A program made the translations under genes and the position numbers. DNA of 63,853 nucleotides, filler included, from Reclinomonas americana ATCC 50394 (taxonomy: Eukaryota): NCBI GenBank assembly GCA_048213135.1. It is 5 parts of 3 records of this genome, joined end to end, with 100 filler letters (N's around TTAATTAATTAA, not from the genome) between each part and the next. Parts side by side here need not be neighbours in the genome. Positions count along the whole stretch, not along the records: positions 48,395 to 59,497 come from PS015095.1; positions 59,598 to 63,853 come from PS015097.1; 3 more parts are not named here. One strand, 5' to 3'. Position 1 is the first letter of the stretch. The number at the start of each line of letters is the position of its first letter. Below are positions 48,492 to 61,218 of this stretch, in pieces. The notes beneath the pieces were generated by a model. The model was given only the letters and a program-made list of their open reading frames with translations. It did no database searches and was not told where the DNA came from.

Positions 48492-49405
48492 TCACACTGC
48501 TTGCGTGAGCTCATCCACCTCGCCAGGCGACAGAACGCCGGCCTTCATGCCACCGCGCGTGCACGACTCGAAAGCGTAGCGAATGAACTTGTCGAGCTCG
48601 GTACGATTGAGCTTGTCGTCGTGATTCGCATCGAGCTCCTTCAGCAGCACGCCCGTGTCCTCACGGGTCGGCATGCGGATACCAGCACGCTTGTTCTCCG
48701 CCGCCATGTTCCGCAACCCTGCGACGCAGAGAGAGCGCGCGCGCGCATTCAATATCCGATATCTCTCTCGTGTCACGTTTGGTGCGACTCACCGGAAACG
48801 GCGTCGGAATGCATCTTGTGCAACTCGTCGACATCCACAAACCCAGACTGATCCACGTCCGCTGCAACACACACACACACACGCACACTCAGCATCTCTC
48901 TCTGACGCACTGCAGCAAACAATCAGCGTGCTCACCTCGCACAAACACAGTCGCGGAAAAGCTGCGAGAGAAACACACACACGAGTCAGTGTTCCGCGCA
49001 TCTCAACCGTCACCGACGTGAAAGAACGCGCGCTCACCGTGACTTGAACACGTCAGAGTCGAACCACTGCACACACGCACGCACATGAGCACACACTTGC
49101 GTTGTGAGAGAAAACAACGCTTCTCACACACACACACACACACCGTCCGCAAGTGACGAATCGCCTCCTCAATCTCCTGCTCCATTGCGCACATTGTGAG
49201 CAGGAAGAGGCTATAAGACAACACACACGCACGTGCACACACACCTGGTCGTCATACGCCGACTGCTCACGAAAACAAAAAAACAGCGCATGTCATATGT
49301 CACGCAAGCGAGTCAGTGCGCATGCAATGTGCACACCTTGTTCTCCACAGCCGCGCTCGCTGCCTCCATCACAGGCGCCTTCACCGTACTTGTTCCGCAG
49401 CCCAT
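48492..49405 (-). CDS. N-acylated two-EF-hand protein, paralog A
   Basis: MGCGTS N-terminus; EF loops DVDQSGFVDVDE and DANHDDKLNRTE; 6 introns. Confidence 0.8.
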
Positions 49406-49563
49406 CACTTTGTTTGCCTTCTCTCTCAATAACACAAACGACGAGGAAAAATTGTACACTAAATGGTCTCGCAAAAACGAAATAGAGAATTCTTTCATGT
49501 AATGCTGAACTGGGCTGGTGGTGGCAGAGGAGGACGGGAGGGGGAGCAAGACATGCTCTCTTT

Positions 49564-50470
49564 TCACGATCCTTGCGCAATGAACAAATCGACATCGTCG
49601 GTTGATAGCACGCCGGCCTTGAGCGCAGAGACCACAAAGAGCTCGAGACCGAGCTGCACAAACTTTTGCAACTCGGTCCGGTTGAGCTTGCCGTCGCTGT
49701 TCGTGTCGTACTCCTTCATGAGATTGCGTGTGTCGTCTTCTGTCGGATCGTGCACGTGCGACTTTTTCGCCTCCGGCACCAGCTCACGCAGACCTATTTG
49801 CATGCAAAGTCAGTGTGCTGCGTGTTCGTGTCATGCGCCTTTTCCTGCCTGTTGTTACCTTCCACGGCCTTCTTGTGCATGTCAAACAGCTCGCCGAGTT
49901 CCACAAAGCCCGATCCATCAGCATCCGCTGTGTGTGTGATGAAGAAGAAGTGTCAGTTTGCATGCTGATTGTCATCATGGTGGCATCACTGCGTGCACTC
50001 ACAGTTGGTGAAGATGTCGGCGAGAACCCTTTTGTTTTCGCAATAGACACGTGCATGTGAGCGACTCTCTCTCTTGAGAAGACACACAACACGCGGGCAG
50101 GCACGCACTTGGTCTTGAAGCCTTCTGTGGCAAACCACTGCGTGTGCATGTGTGAGTGAGCGTGTGTGCGTGAGGGAGAGAGAGAAAGTGAAGTGTCGGC
50201 TCACCTCGCGCATCTTCTTCAATTCTGCATCGAGTTGCTGTGTGTGTGTGTGTGCACAAGTCAGTCGGCGAGTGCGTCCCCTCGCGTGTGTGCAACAGTC
50301 AAACCTCGTCGGTAATGTGCGTCTGTGCACACACACACGCATTTGATGAGGAGCGTTGAGCGTTTTTGCATGTGTGTGTGGGAGAGCGAGTGCAAAATCA
50401 CCTTGTTCTCCACATTCGCAGCCACCTCGCCGAGAGAGGGGTCCTTCACAGTGCTCGAGGTGCAACCCAT
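49564..50470 (-). CDS. N-acylated two-EF-hand protein, paralog B
   Basis: MGCTSS N-terminus; EF loops DADGSGFVELGE and DTNSDGKLNRTE; same 6 intron positions as paralog A. Confidence 0.8.
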
Positions 50471-50644
50471 GTTGTAAAGTCGTTGGTGGTTGGAGGAGGA
50501 AGGAGGGAGGAAGCGAGCGCGCGCGAGATGGAACACAAAATTATTTGATTGACCCACATCAACCGACAACCCACCGTACGCATCCCATCTACAGAAGCGA
50601 AACGCATTGGGTCGGTGGTGGTTGGATAGTAGGTTCTTCTTCTT

Positions 50645-53600
50645 TTATGGGGTGGACTGCGCTGCGGGTACAAGTGCACGCTGTGCCTGCTCCTTGTCGT
50701 GCAGAAGACGGCGCGCGCCAGGACTGATCTGCGCCGCGTCGATGCCGGTCAGGCCGGAGGCGCAGAGACCGGCTCGGGCGGCGGCGATGCGCCACGAGAG
50801 AGCCCAGTCGAGGTCGCGGTTCCGCAGGTGCCAGCATGCTAGCGCCTTGGAGCGGGCGGTAAAGAGGAGACCGGTCTCCTCGCGTGGTGACGATGGAGGC
50901 ATGACTGTCGACGTCCGATCGTCGGTGGAGAAACGGCTGTCGCCATCGACGGCGGCGGTGACGTGACCGTGATACACGAGGGCCGCCGACACCGATGGCA
51001 CCAGGTTGTCTTCGAAGCGACACAGTGCGCTCTTGCCGGCAACGTCGAACAGCAGCACACCCTGCGCACACACCGCCAACAGTCGTCGCTGATCCCGTGA
51101 GAAACTGAGGGCCAGCGCGCGACCCATCTGTGCGTTGCACTCGCTCTCGACACCGGAGCCACGCTTAAAGTACCACACGCTGCGGCACGACGAGAACACC
51201 TCTTTAGGAGAGAGCGAATAACGAGAGCAACAATGCACACGAGAAGCACCGAATGATGCCGTGCAGGTCGCCGGCCGCCACTCTTCTGGAGTTGCCAGCA
51301 AAGGCGATGCAAGTGGCGCACTCCGCCGGGCCCTCGAGCACCTGAATCGGCTCATGCGTGCGTGCCGACCACAATCGCAATGTCGCATCCACGGCGCCGG
51401 TGGCCAGCAGCGCCCCGTCACTGGAGTACGCCACCGCATCGCCCCAACATAGCGCGCGGCCAGTACGCCGATTCGGGTCGTCCATCACCACATCTGTGAC
51501 AGCCGTACATATGTTAGCCGGCTTCTGGAAAAGAGCATGCTTCCCCTGCCTCACAGCGTCAAGGAGATACCGAGCGCATGCGATGCGGTGTGCCACTGGC
51601 GGAGAATGCCATTCTCCACGGCGGCCACTGCGGATCCGTCCGGGGACCACGTTGCACTGCACATGAAGATATTAAACATGAGCGCCGCGTTCAGTGATAC
51701 ACACATACACACGAGTAACAACACACCGGCTGACACGACAGTCGATCACCACCTGCTCGTGGCAAACCGGTGAGAAAAAATGAAACACGCACACGCACAC
51801 GCTTGCAGACAGGCATACTGCATCGCGGACACAACTTCACACACCTGCAGAGCAAAAGCACAATGAGTCAACACCGAAACTCGGCAGCGACAACGACAAT
51901 CAATGCACTCACGCCCGTGGTCAAGTCCCAGATCATGATGCCGTCAAACATGTCGGCGGTAACCAACTGTATGCAACCATGCATGCATGCATGAAGAGAG
52001 TGAGACAGAGAATACTCACGCCGCAGTCGACTCGTGCGTACCCGGTTATCAGCACGAGGAGAGAACGCGAGACCGACGGTGGAGCCGAGTCGCACTCCAC
52101 CCATGACGTGATTGAGCGTCAGCAGCGACACGCCCGTCTCGGCCGCCAGGATACGCACCTAATGGCCGACGGAACACGTGTGTCAGCTGCGCAAGCAACA
52201 ACACAGCTCGCGACACACGTACCTGTCCCTTGTCGTCCGCAGTGGCCAGCAATCGCCCGCCATCTTCATGGGTCTCCTGCACGGCCACAGTGGTGATGCC
52301 GGAGATCTCGCGACGCGACACGGCCATCTCCTCCATGGTCATACCGACCAGGCGCGAATCTGCACGCCGGGCAGAGTGTGAGTGAAGTGGTGCCGAGCGC
52401 TGCGCTGAGTATTGCAAGCGTACCGCCACGAGCATCCCACAGCTCCAGCAAGCCATCGTCCGCACACGACATTACGGCAGTGTCGGAATACACAAAGAGC
52501 AAGGTGTGAATCGGCGCCGAGCACATGGCACGGAATACACCAATGCGCACTCCCTCGCCTGCATCCCACAAAATGACCCAACCCTGTTCACACGCACTGT
52601 GGTGGAAAATAAAGACCAATGTAGTCAATGTTTAACTCATGTACGGCAGGCAGGCATGTGTGTGCACACACAAACCTGGCGAGCACGTCCGTCTCGTTGG
52701 AGAAGCACAATGCAGTGACAGTGGTCACGTGGCCGAGCAGGCTGATCTCACCACCAAAGCCACCACGCACAGCTGCGGCCGGTGAACTGGCGCCTTCATT
52801 GCCGCCGCTGTAGTCCGCAGCCGAAGCCAGAGCAACCTCAATGTCGTACAGTGAGATGGAACCTGGAGAGACAAGAGCGTGGGGAGTGAGCTACTGCGGA
52901 GGTGATGATACAGGGAACGGGACTCGCCATCGGAGTGACCGCACGCGATCCACAGCGGAGAAGTGGCGACGACAGTGATTTTCGACAGATTCGGAAGCAG
53001 CGAGCGACGATCATACGCTGTCACAGAGGTAGCACTGGTCGGCCGACACATGGCCACAATTGCGTCGCTGAGAGCGTTTCGTACAACAAATGAGTCGTTG
53101 GCCAGCGGCTGCACCGAACCACTGATGCCGTTCCACGACGTCACTCGACGTGCCAACAGCGCGTCGCCCAGAGACTCCAGTCCACTGCCAGCAACCGGAC
53201 TCGACACGGAGATCTCCACGTCATCCACGTCGGCAGTCGCATCGGCAGACACAGCGCCATCCGAGCGTAGCACCTCGCGCAATGCGCCCACAATCACTCG
53301 TCGCACACACTGCCGCGATTCGTCGTCCACCGCCTGCTCAAGCTCCTCCTGAAGCGACTGACTACGCACCACATCGGCAGACACCAACTCCCACAACGAA
53401 GTGTCGAGATCAGAGGTGGCCACGAGGAGCGCGCCCGACGCCACAAAGGCCAAGTTGCGAATGGGCCGTCCGCCCCACGGTGCCGACACGGAGGGCGTCG
53501 TGTTGCGACCGGCCTGCATGTTGTAGGTGGCGATGCGACCATTTGCATAGCCGACGGCTACCAGCGACCGTGACGAGCAGTAGGCAACAGAGAGGGCGGA

Positions 53601-56600
53601 GATGCCGGGAGCCACGTTGGTCAGGTGGTGCATGAGACGCATGCCACCCAAATCCCACATCTGAATGTTGTCGCCGACCGTCACGCAAATCTCGAAACCA
53701 TTGCTGGTCTTGAATGTGGCAGCCGACATGACAGCACTGTTCACACGCAACGCAGGCCACTCGTGCCACTGAGCGTGCTCCAGACGGCAGCCGGCAATGT
53801 TGGCCTGCCGCAACCAGACATCACCGAGGTCACTGCAGCGCAAATCCGACTGTGACAGATTCGCTCCGTCCAGCACCGCCTGCCCCCCACACACACGCGC
53901 GCAAATACACAATGAGCAGCACACACAAGAATGTCAAAGGCCACCTCTGTCACCACACACACGCACCAGTCGCAGAGTTGCACCGTAGAGGTGCAAGTTG
54001 GACAGGTCGCGTCCGGCCAGGGAGACACCGGCCAGGTTGAGGATGGTGAGTGCGTTGGCGCTCGCCACGGCCAGGTCGACGCGGCCACGACTGGCACCAA
54101 TGACGCGCCACAGGACTTGTTGCACGTCGCTGGAGACGCACATGTCGATCAGAGTATCGAGGAAGGCCACCTGCCGCCACAGCGAGTGAGAACGTATTGC
54201 AACACATGGACAAGAACAGACGTGAGAGTACCGATTGGACCGACAGCAGCTGTGAGTTGAACGGATGGCCGGTGAGATCGAGCGGCTGGCGGGCCAATGC
54301 TGACAGCGTGTCCAGCGCAGCAAAGTGGTCCAGAAACACGCTGTGGCGGAATGCCCACCAGTCGCCGCCGACAGCTTCCATCAGACACTGCGAGCGGAGT
54401 GAGGAGAGACCAGCAGCGACTGCCCATCGGACGTTGGCAACACGCGCGTACTCACCATGTTCCACAGCGCACTGTGCTGCGACAGGTGCACGCCTCCAAA
54501 CAACGACGAGGTCCACAGCTCGCGTTGCGCACGCGACACGGCAGAACCAGCCGCACGCCGACGCAATAACATGTCGAACGAGGCAGTCTTGAGGAACCCC
54601 TCCAGCTCATCCACCGACCACTGAAGATGCAAACAGAACGGTCAGGGACTCCCGTTGTCGTGAATGGGTTTGTCGAGTCCTCGCGACGTACCTCCATGCC
54701 TTCGCGACGATTCTTCTCGAACCAGTGTCGCACAAACGCAGAAATCACGTCACTCCGAGTGATGGAACCACGTCGTCCGGGCGCTCCGTGCGCCTGCTCC
54801 TGCAGACCGGCTCGGAAGCTCGGCAGCACGTGGATCTGCGGGTGTGATCAAATATCAGGAACAGACGCGAATGCACACGTATCAGGCATGAACGCATGTA
54901 CGCACCAGCAGGCCGAGGAACAGCGGCTGCACAAGAGAAGATGGGTGCGTGTAAGAGAGGGAGAGAGCAGCGAAAAAGGTCGGCGAAAAGACACCGTACC
55001 GATGACGACAACTCGCGCACTCCCGGCACCTCGCTCATCAACTGGCGGTACTCGTCATGCGTCTTGACGGCATGCGGCGAGTCGCAGAATCTGCAGGTGC
55101 TTCGCTCTCAGCAGAGGGGCGGGGGAACGAGGAAAGCTCGGCAAACGCACTGGCGCAAAAAGTTCTCGACTTGTCCGTATGTGAAGCGACTGAGAAAGAG
55201 CTTGCGCACTGAGCGACGGCTGGCGACGAGCGGATCCACAAACATCTGCATGCAACAGTGAGACGAGCGGTGCACAACATAGATCACACCGACACTGAAA
55301 ACAACTGGCCTTGACATAGTGGCGACCCAGGAGGCGCAGATGTTCAGTGCGGCAGGTGACAACAATGCGCACTTGCCAGCCCTGTGTGTGCAGTCAATCA
55401 ATCAGTACAACCACCAGAAGACAGCAAGGGAAAACTGAGTGGTGGAGTGGCGCAACTGCCAGCCGGAAGGATTCCCACAAGTTCGCCTGCGAGTGAATCT
55501 GCTCATCGTAGCCATCCAAAAACAGCGAGAAACACTACACCCCACGCAGCAGCATGTGAGTATCCCGCAGCGCGGAGATTGCACGACAAGCAAACAATTA
55601 CCTGCGTCGTCTTCATGGACAAAATCTGCGCGCAGAAACACGAGAGTGTTGGAAGAAGAATGGCACACTGCGCGCATGAATTCTCACGCAGACCTGCAAC
55701 TCTGAAAAGCCTTCACGGAGCAGCATCGTCTCCATGAGGCCGCGTTCAAAATCGGCAGCCGAAAGCGTCGCCAATTGTACAGCAACGGGAATGGGTCGAC
55801 CGGCACGCCATGAGCTCCACTGCTCCAGCACCAGACGTTGAATGAGGGTGGTCTTTCCACTCCCCACCACGCCCAAGATCAAAAGCAGCTGCAGTGATAT
55901 GAAGGAGACGCATGGATTGGACGAGAGAGGGCGAGACATTGTGCACACACGCACACACGCACCTTGTCGGTGGAGGCCAAAAAGTCGTTGACAATCTGTG
56001 CTGCAGGCGATGCATCGCGCTCCGACAGCACGTGTCTACCAATCGGTGGCACATAAATCGGCACGGTGCCGCGAACAGCAGCCACCTGCTGCATCTGGTC
56101 CAACATCACCAACGAGCCAAGCTCGAACCGCCCGTGATCGCCCTCGGGGTTCTCGATAATGGCTCTCCGCGCCGCACCACTCAATGTGGTGACGCGCCGA
56201 CAGAAGACAGACAAAAAACGCGGCGTATCAATGAGAGCGGCTCGTATGACGGCCTCGTCGCGCTCCGTGTTGCGTGCCCGTGTTACCACGCAGGTGGCGC
56301 CGAGGGATATCAAGTCGGGCGGTAGTCCGTGCTGCAGGCCAACAAGGAGCTGACAGGCATTCAGCGCCGCAATCCGCGTCGTGGAGTCCCCGTGGAAGCA
56401 TAAAGTGGCCAGCGACGGCAGCGGTGCTGTTGCGTGGGCGTGGTGAGCAGAACACACCATGAGCATGAGTGAGAGAGAAAAAAAAAAGGACTCACCCTGC
56501 TCGCGCACTGACGATGCAATGCCGAAAAAGGCCTGCGCAGCAACGCTGTTGTTGTCCGTGGCAAACACCAGTCGCAGGAGGAGGGGGATCATGTGGTAGT

Positions 56601-58129
56601 GCACATGTGGGGAGAAGCGCCACCGCTGTGCCACCTGCAACACAGGGAGAAGAGATGTGAGTTTGCGACATGCATGTGCATGCGAGTGAGAGGCACATAC
56701 CAGCTGCATGTCCACCAGCGCAGCCAATTGTGCGGCGGCATCGGGTCGCGACAACGCAATCCGGCCCATGTACTTGATGAGCACCACCTGACTCCACCAC
56801 GGTAACTCGGCCTGCACGTTGGCGCAGACCTCGTGAGCGCGCAGTCTTCAGTGAGTTTTCGTGTGCGAGAGAGCACACACACCAGTTCCTGCATATGCTC
56901 GGCTGCGTGGCGCGCCACTACCGCGTCGTCATTGTCACTGTATACGGCAAAACGAATGATGGGCGCCAAAGCACCACCATCGGCTTTGAAGCTCGCCAGC
57001 AGCTCCACTGCGGCATCAATGTCGGCTTCGGCCGTGAATTCCCGGATGCCGCGCTGCCCCTCTGTGGAAAACAGGTGAGGAGAGGTGAGAGAGGAGAGGG
57101 CGTGAGAAAATGGCGTGCCAAACCAGCTCGCAAGTCGGCGAGTATCTGTGACAGTGTGGTCTCCAGCTGTGCCCGTGCGCGCATAGGCACACTTGGATCG
57201 ACGCATGCTCGCAGTGCCACATCCGGCATCAGGGCGGCCAGTCGGCAGAGTACGAAGCGGTGCACATCGCCAAGCACATTCGGCATGGACACGCTACGAG
57301 CGACAACCGAGTCAAGGGTATGCACGGCAACACACACAGAGAGACACACACACACGCGCGCGCACCGTTGTTGCACCAGCGCACACAGCTGCGTCACCAA
57401 GTCATGCATACTCGCCGCCGAGCGATCGCCACCCCCCGCCGCCACCAGCGGGTCCGTCGTCAACAGGCCAATCAGCAGCGCCTCCTCGATATCGCGCACC
57501 AGCTCAACAATCTCCTCCAACGAGCGCTGCAACTCAGCCGCCACTCCGCGCGCCTTGTTCTGCGCGGCAAACTGCTCACGCAGCGAAGCGCGGTTGCCGC
57601 TGCCAGCACTGCCTGCACTGCCTGCACTTCCCGCTCGCCGCCGCGTCACATCGGCCTCGGTGACGCCCAGTCCAAACGAAGCTCCCTCACCTGCGTCGCC
57701 TCCCGACACCATCGACACGGCGTCCAGGTCGTTCGGGTCGCGAGTGTTTAGCGGCGGCGACGACGACGACGACGAGGAGGAAGCGGAAGAAATTGATTTG
57801 AGTGACTCGGCCGCCTGCATCGTGTACTCCAACTCACGCAGCAGAGAGCGCACACGCGCTGCATTCATGAGGCGGTTGGCGGCCAGACGGCGTGCGGGCT
57901 CGGTGGGTCGCGCCTGGCGGGTGGCTCCAATGAGTCGACCCGGGTCGTCATCGACGCTGCTCGAGGTGCAGCAGCCGCCACCGCGCAGGCGCACTGCACA
58001 CCGCTGGAGGTCACAGAGGTTAGTGCGGGGCCGAAGGGGGCGGGGGGAAAATAGTGTGTGTGAGTGCACCATCTTTTGTTGCAAAGCAGGCACGGGACGA
58101 CGTCGAAGGACTTGGTTTCTTTGCTTCAT
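50645..58129 (-). CDS. NACHT NTPase - pentapeptide repeat - WD40 protein (NWD/NLR-like STAND protein) with a helical N-terminal region
   Basis: Walker A LILGVVGSGKT, Walker B LFLDGYDE, IVVTCR and winged-helix FRHSVFLDHF. Then ASANALTILNLAGVSLAGRDLS...ANLSQSDLR pentapeptides and multiple WD40 repeats. Confidence 0.85.
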
Positions 58130-58320
58130 TCGTTGATGCAAGTGTTTCAAGCAACGTTTCGTCAACGCTTTTTGGATGTCTTGCTGGCGGTGCCGATGCC
58201 CATGGAGTGTTCATAGCATCAACAATTGTGCAGGGAAAACTATCCACACTTTACAGGCTGACAGGTGAATCATGTGTGAAAGGAAACGGAGCGGCGCGCT
58301 TGGAGAAACTGTTGCCACAC

Positions 58321-59406
58321 TTACAAACACAGAGCGGGATCTGTGCGGCAGCGGAAGAGCACGCCCTCAGCGTCCTCGACAATGAAGCAGCGCAACACCA
58401 TCTCCGGCAGGCAGCGTCGATCCGTCTCATCGTCGTCCTCTCTCTCCAGCATCTCTCGGACAACCTCCATTGCCAACCGCGCGCAGTCGAGGTCGATGCG
58501 AGCGAGGCCACACGGAGTGGACCACACTCGCACTGTACAGTCTAAACCCCCACTCACAATGTGTTGGCCATCGTGAGTGACGGCGACAGACATCACCGCT
58601 TCCATGTTTCCCATCAACCGTCGCATTTCCTCACCAGTCGCCAGCGACCACCAACGTATCGCTCGATCACTGCTGCCACTCACCAAGTACTGACCGTCCA
58701 GAGTGACCGCCACAGACATCACCCATCCACAGTGTCCCTCTAATCGTCGCACCTCTTCTCCACTCGCCAGAGACCACACTCGCACTGTCTCGTCCCAACT
58801 CCCACTCACTACATGGCGACCATCGGGAGTGACAACAACACAGCGCACTGCACTATCGTGTCCCTCCAGTCGCCGCACCTCCTCTCCACTCACCAACGAC
58901 CACACTCGCACAGTCTTGTCGTGGCCGCCACTCACAACGTGCTGACCGTCGGGAGTAAATGCAACACACATCACCCAATAAGCGTGTCCCTCCAGCCGCC
59001 ACACTTGGTCTCCACTCGACAGTGACCACACTCGCACTGTGTTGTCATAACTTGCACTCACAACCAGTTGTCTATCGGGAGAGAAGATGGCTGATGTCAA
59101 CGGAGAGGTGTGTCCTTCCAGCCGTCGCACTTCTTCTCCACTCGCCAGTGACCACACTCGCGCTGTCTTGTCATTGCTGCCACACACCACAAACCGACCA
59201 TCGAGAGAGATGGCGACAGACAAAATCTCCCCAGAGTGTCCCTCCAGCTGTCGTATCTCCTCACCACTCACAAGCGACCACACTCGCAATATCCCATCAT
59301 CACCGCCACTCACAATGTGCTGACCATCGGGAGTGACGGCGACAGACCGCACCGGCCTGCTGTGATGGAGGATCTTGCAGGTGAGCGGAGAGGTGAATGC
59401 GGCCAT
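58321..59406 (-). CDS. intronless seven-bladed WD40 protein with highly similar 42-aa repeats
   Basis: Single 361-aa ORF; unit LEGHxxxVxSVAVTPDGQHVVSGSxDxTVRVWSLASGEEVRR. Confidence 0.9.
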   Translation of the reverse strand: MAAFTSPLTCKILHHSRPVRSVAVTPDGQHIVSGGDDGILRVWSLVSGEEIRQLEGHSGEILSVAISLDGRFVVCGSNDKTARVWSLASGEEVRRLEGHTSPLTSAIFSPDRQLVVSASYDNTVRVWSLSSGDQVWRLEGHAYWVMCVAFTPDGQHVVSGGHDKTVRVWSLVSGEEVRRLEGHDSAVRCVVVTPDGRHVVSGSWDETVRVWSLASGEEVRRLEGHCGWVMSVAVTLDGQYLVSGSSDRAIRWWSLATGEEMRRLMGNMEAVMSVAVTHDGQHIVSGGLDCTVRVWSTPCGLARIDLDCARLAMEVVREMLEREDDDETDRRCLPEMVLRCFIVEDAEGVLFRCRTDPALCL

Positions 59407-59420
59407 GGTGGGGATGGAAC

Positions 59421-59422
<2 letters not shown>

Positions 59423-59461
<39 letters not shown>
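59423..59461. repeat. (GA)n microsatellite
   Basis: About 19 GA units directly upstream of the WD40 ATG. Confidence 0.9.
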
Positions 59462-59463
<2 letters not shown>

Positions 59464-59497
59464 AGAAGACGAGATGTGCTCGTGCAGTGATGTCGGA

Positions 59498-59597
59498 NNN
59501 NNNNNNNNNNNNNNNNNNNNNNNNNNNNNNNNNNNNNNNNNTTAATTAATTAANNNNNNNNNNNNNNNNNNNNNNNNNNNNNNNNNNNNNNNNNNNN
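59498..59597. other. artificial 100-nt scaffold spacer
   Basis: N44-TTAATTAATTAA-N44. Confidence 0.95.
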
Positions 59598-60017
59598 GCA
59601 TCTCTTTCAGCATTATCAGCTCAGTAAACAGGGAGACACGCACGAGGATCACCGACGCCTCCGGGTTCATCTGCGCAGTGCTGGTATGGCTTGCTTGCAG
59701 CACTGGAGAAGAGCGATGACAGTGAGCAAGAGAGTGAGAGTGACTGTGCTCACAGAGAACTGTGAGGCACAGATAGACAAGGAATGGAAGCAGAGAGAGA
59801 GAGAGAGAGAGGCGGTGTGTCATATACACACTCACATACACACACGCACACACACGCACAGAGGAGAGCAGTGCGTACGCGTGTTATATACACATGCACA
59901 AGAACGTTAAGACATCTTAACACAAAACCACTCACCATCTGACATGCAATGGTGCTGTTGGAAGACAAGGCAAGTCCGAAGCACCGAGGTTGTGCGGAGG
60001 AGGTGAGGTGAGAACAT
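59598..60017 (-). CDS. hypothetical protein (3' partial), paralog of the 60272-62646 gene
   Basis: Exon 1 MFSPHLLRTTSVLRTCLVFQQHHCMSD|gtgagtggttttgtgtt matches exon 1 of the neighbouring gene. Confidence 0.55.
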
Positions 60018-60271
60018 CGCTCTGTCGTGCTGATCGTGTCGCAATGAAACGCAGCAGCTTGCGAACTGTAGACTGATGAGTCCGCGGCGAATATTATTAA
60101 TTTCTTTCGCTGAATGCGTTCTTCGTGATGCACATGCTTGCAATGGCCAACGTTGCACGGTGCCTTTTACATCGGTTGTTTACTGACACCTGCGCGCTGT
60201 CGTCGCCCTTTCTCATGTAAACTCCGTACTGGAGCTCCATGGGTCCTCTCACTGGTCTCATTCACCATCCG

Positions 60272-61184
60272 CTAACCGACTGCGACCTCTTCCAGCGACG
60301 ACGACTGCGGGGCAACAAGAGGCACCTTCGCCACCTTGAAGTTGAGACGCCGAAACTCGGCCATCGCAGTGAGCAGTTCTTGCTTCACGGGATCCAAGTC
60401 ATCGGGAATCAACAGCTTGTCCGCGTGCGGGTTCTCCTCATACCGACACAGCTCCTCATCCGTGTCCACGATGATTCGAGCCACCTCCGCGTGGCTCTTG
60501 CCGGCGAGGAGCTGTGCACGTGGCTTCTCGACGATGGCCTCGAACAAGTAACGGCCAAAGCTGGTCCCGTGCTGTAAGTGGAAGGTATACCGACTTACGC
60601 GGTCCTTGGTTGTGTAGGTGATGCGCTTGGGTATCCTGCTCTCCTCGCTCCCTTTGCAACGCTACATGAGGCAGCGAGAGCTGGTGCATACAGGGGCCGA
60701 TGACTCACTGATCATGTGACGGCACGTCAGCGTCCCCAGCATCGACTGCACTGCCGATGTCAGCTGTGTCCGCAGTGAGTGCTCGCCCAACAGGGAGAGA
60801 GAGAGAGCAGTGAATGCTAACCTCTCGAATCCGGGCTTCCTTCTGCTGCACTACCACCTCGGTCTCCATCAGTCGCGCGTTGACATACGCGTTCTTCTCT
60901 TCGAGGAGCGCGCCAGTCTTCAGCAGCAGTGCGTCGAGCGACTCGACTTGTTGCTTCAACTGTCAATGCGAGGGAGTCAGGCATCTTCGGCAACAAAACC
61001 AACAACAACAAAGACACAACAGCAACGACACCAACGTGTGTACAACAACATATTGACACACACACATAGAATGCACACTGGAGTACGCACGTCAGCCAGT
61101 TCCTTCTTCGGATCCAGAGTCGTCGGCGACACGGTGGCCATGGGAGTCTGCACACATGCAGTCGTTTTCAACTCTGTGGAGTTG

Positions 61185-61218
<34 letters not shown>

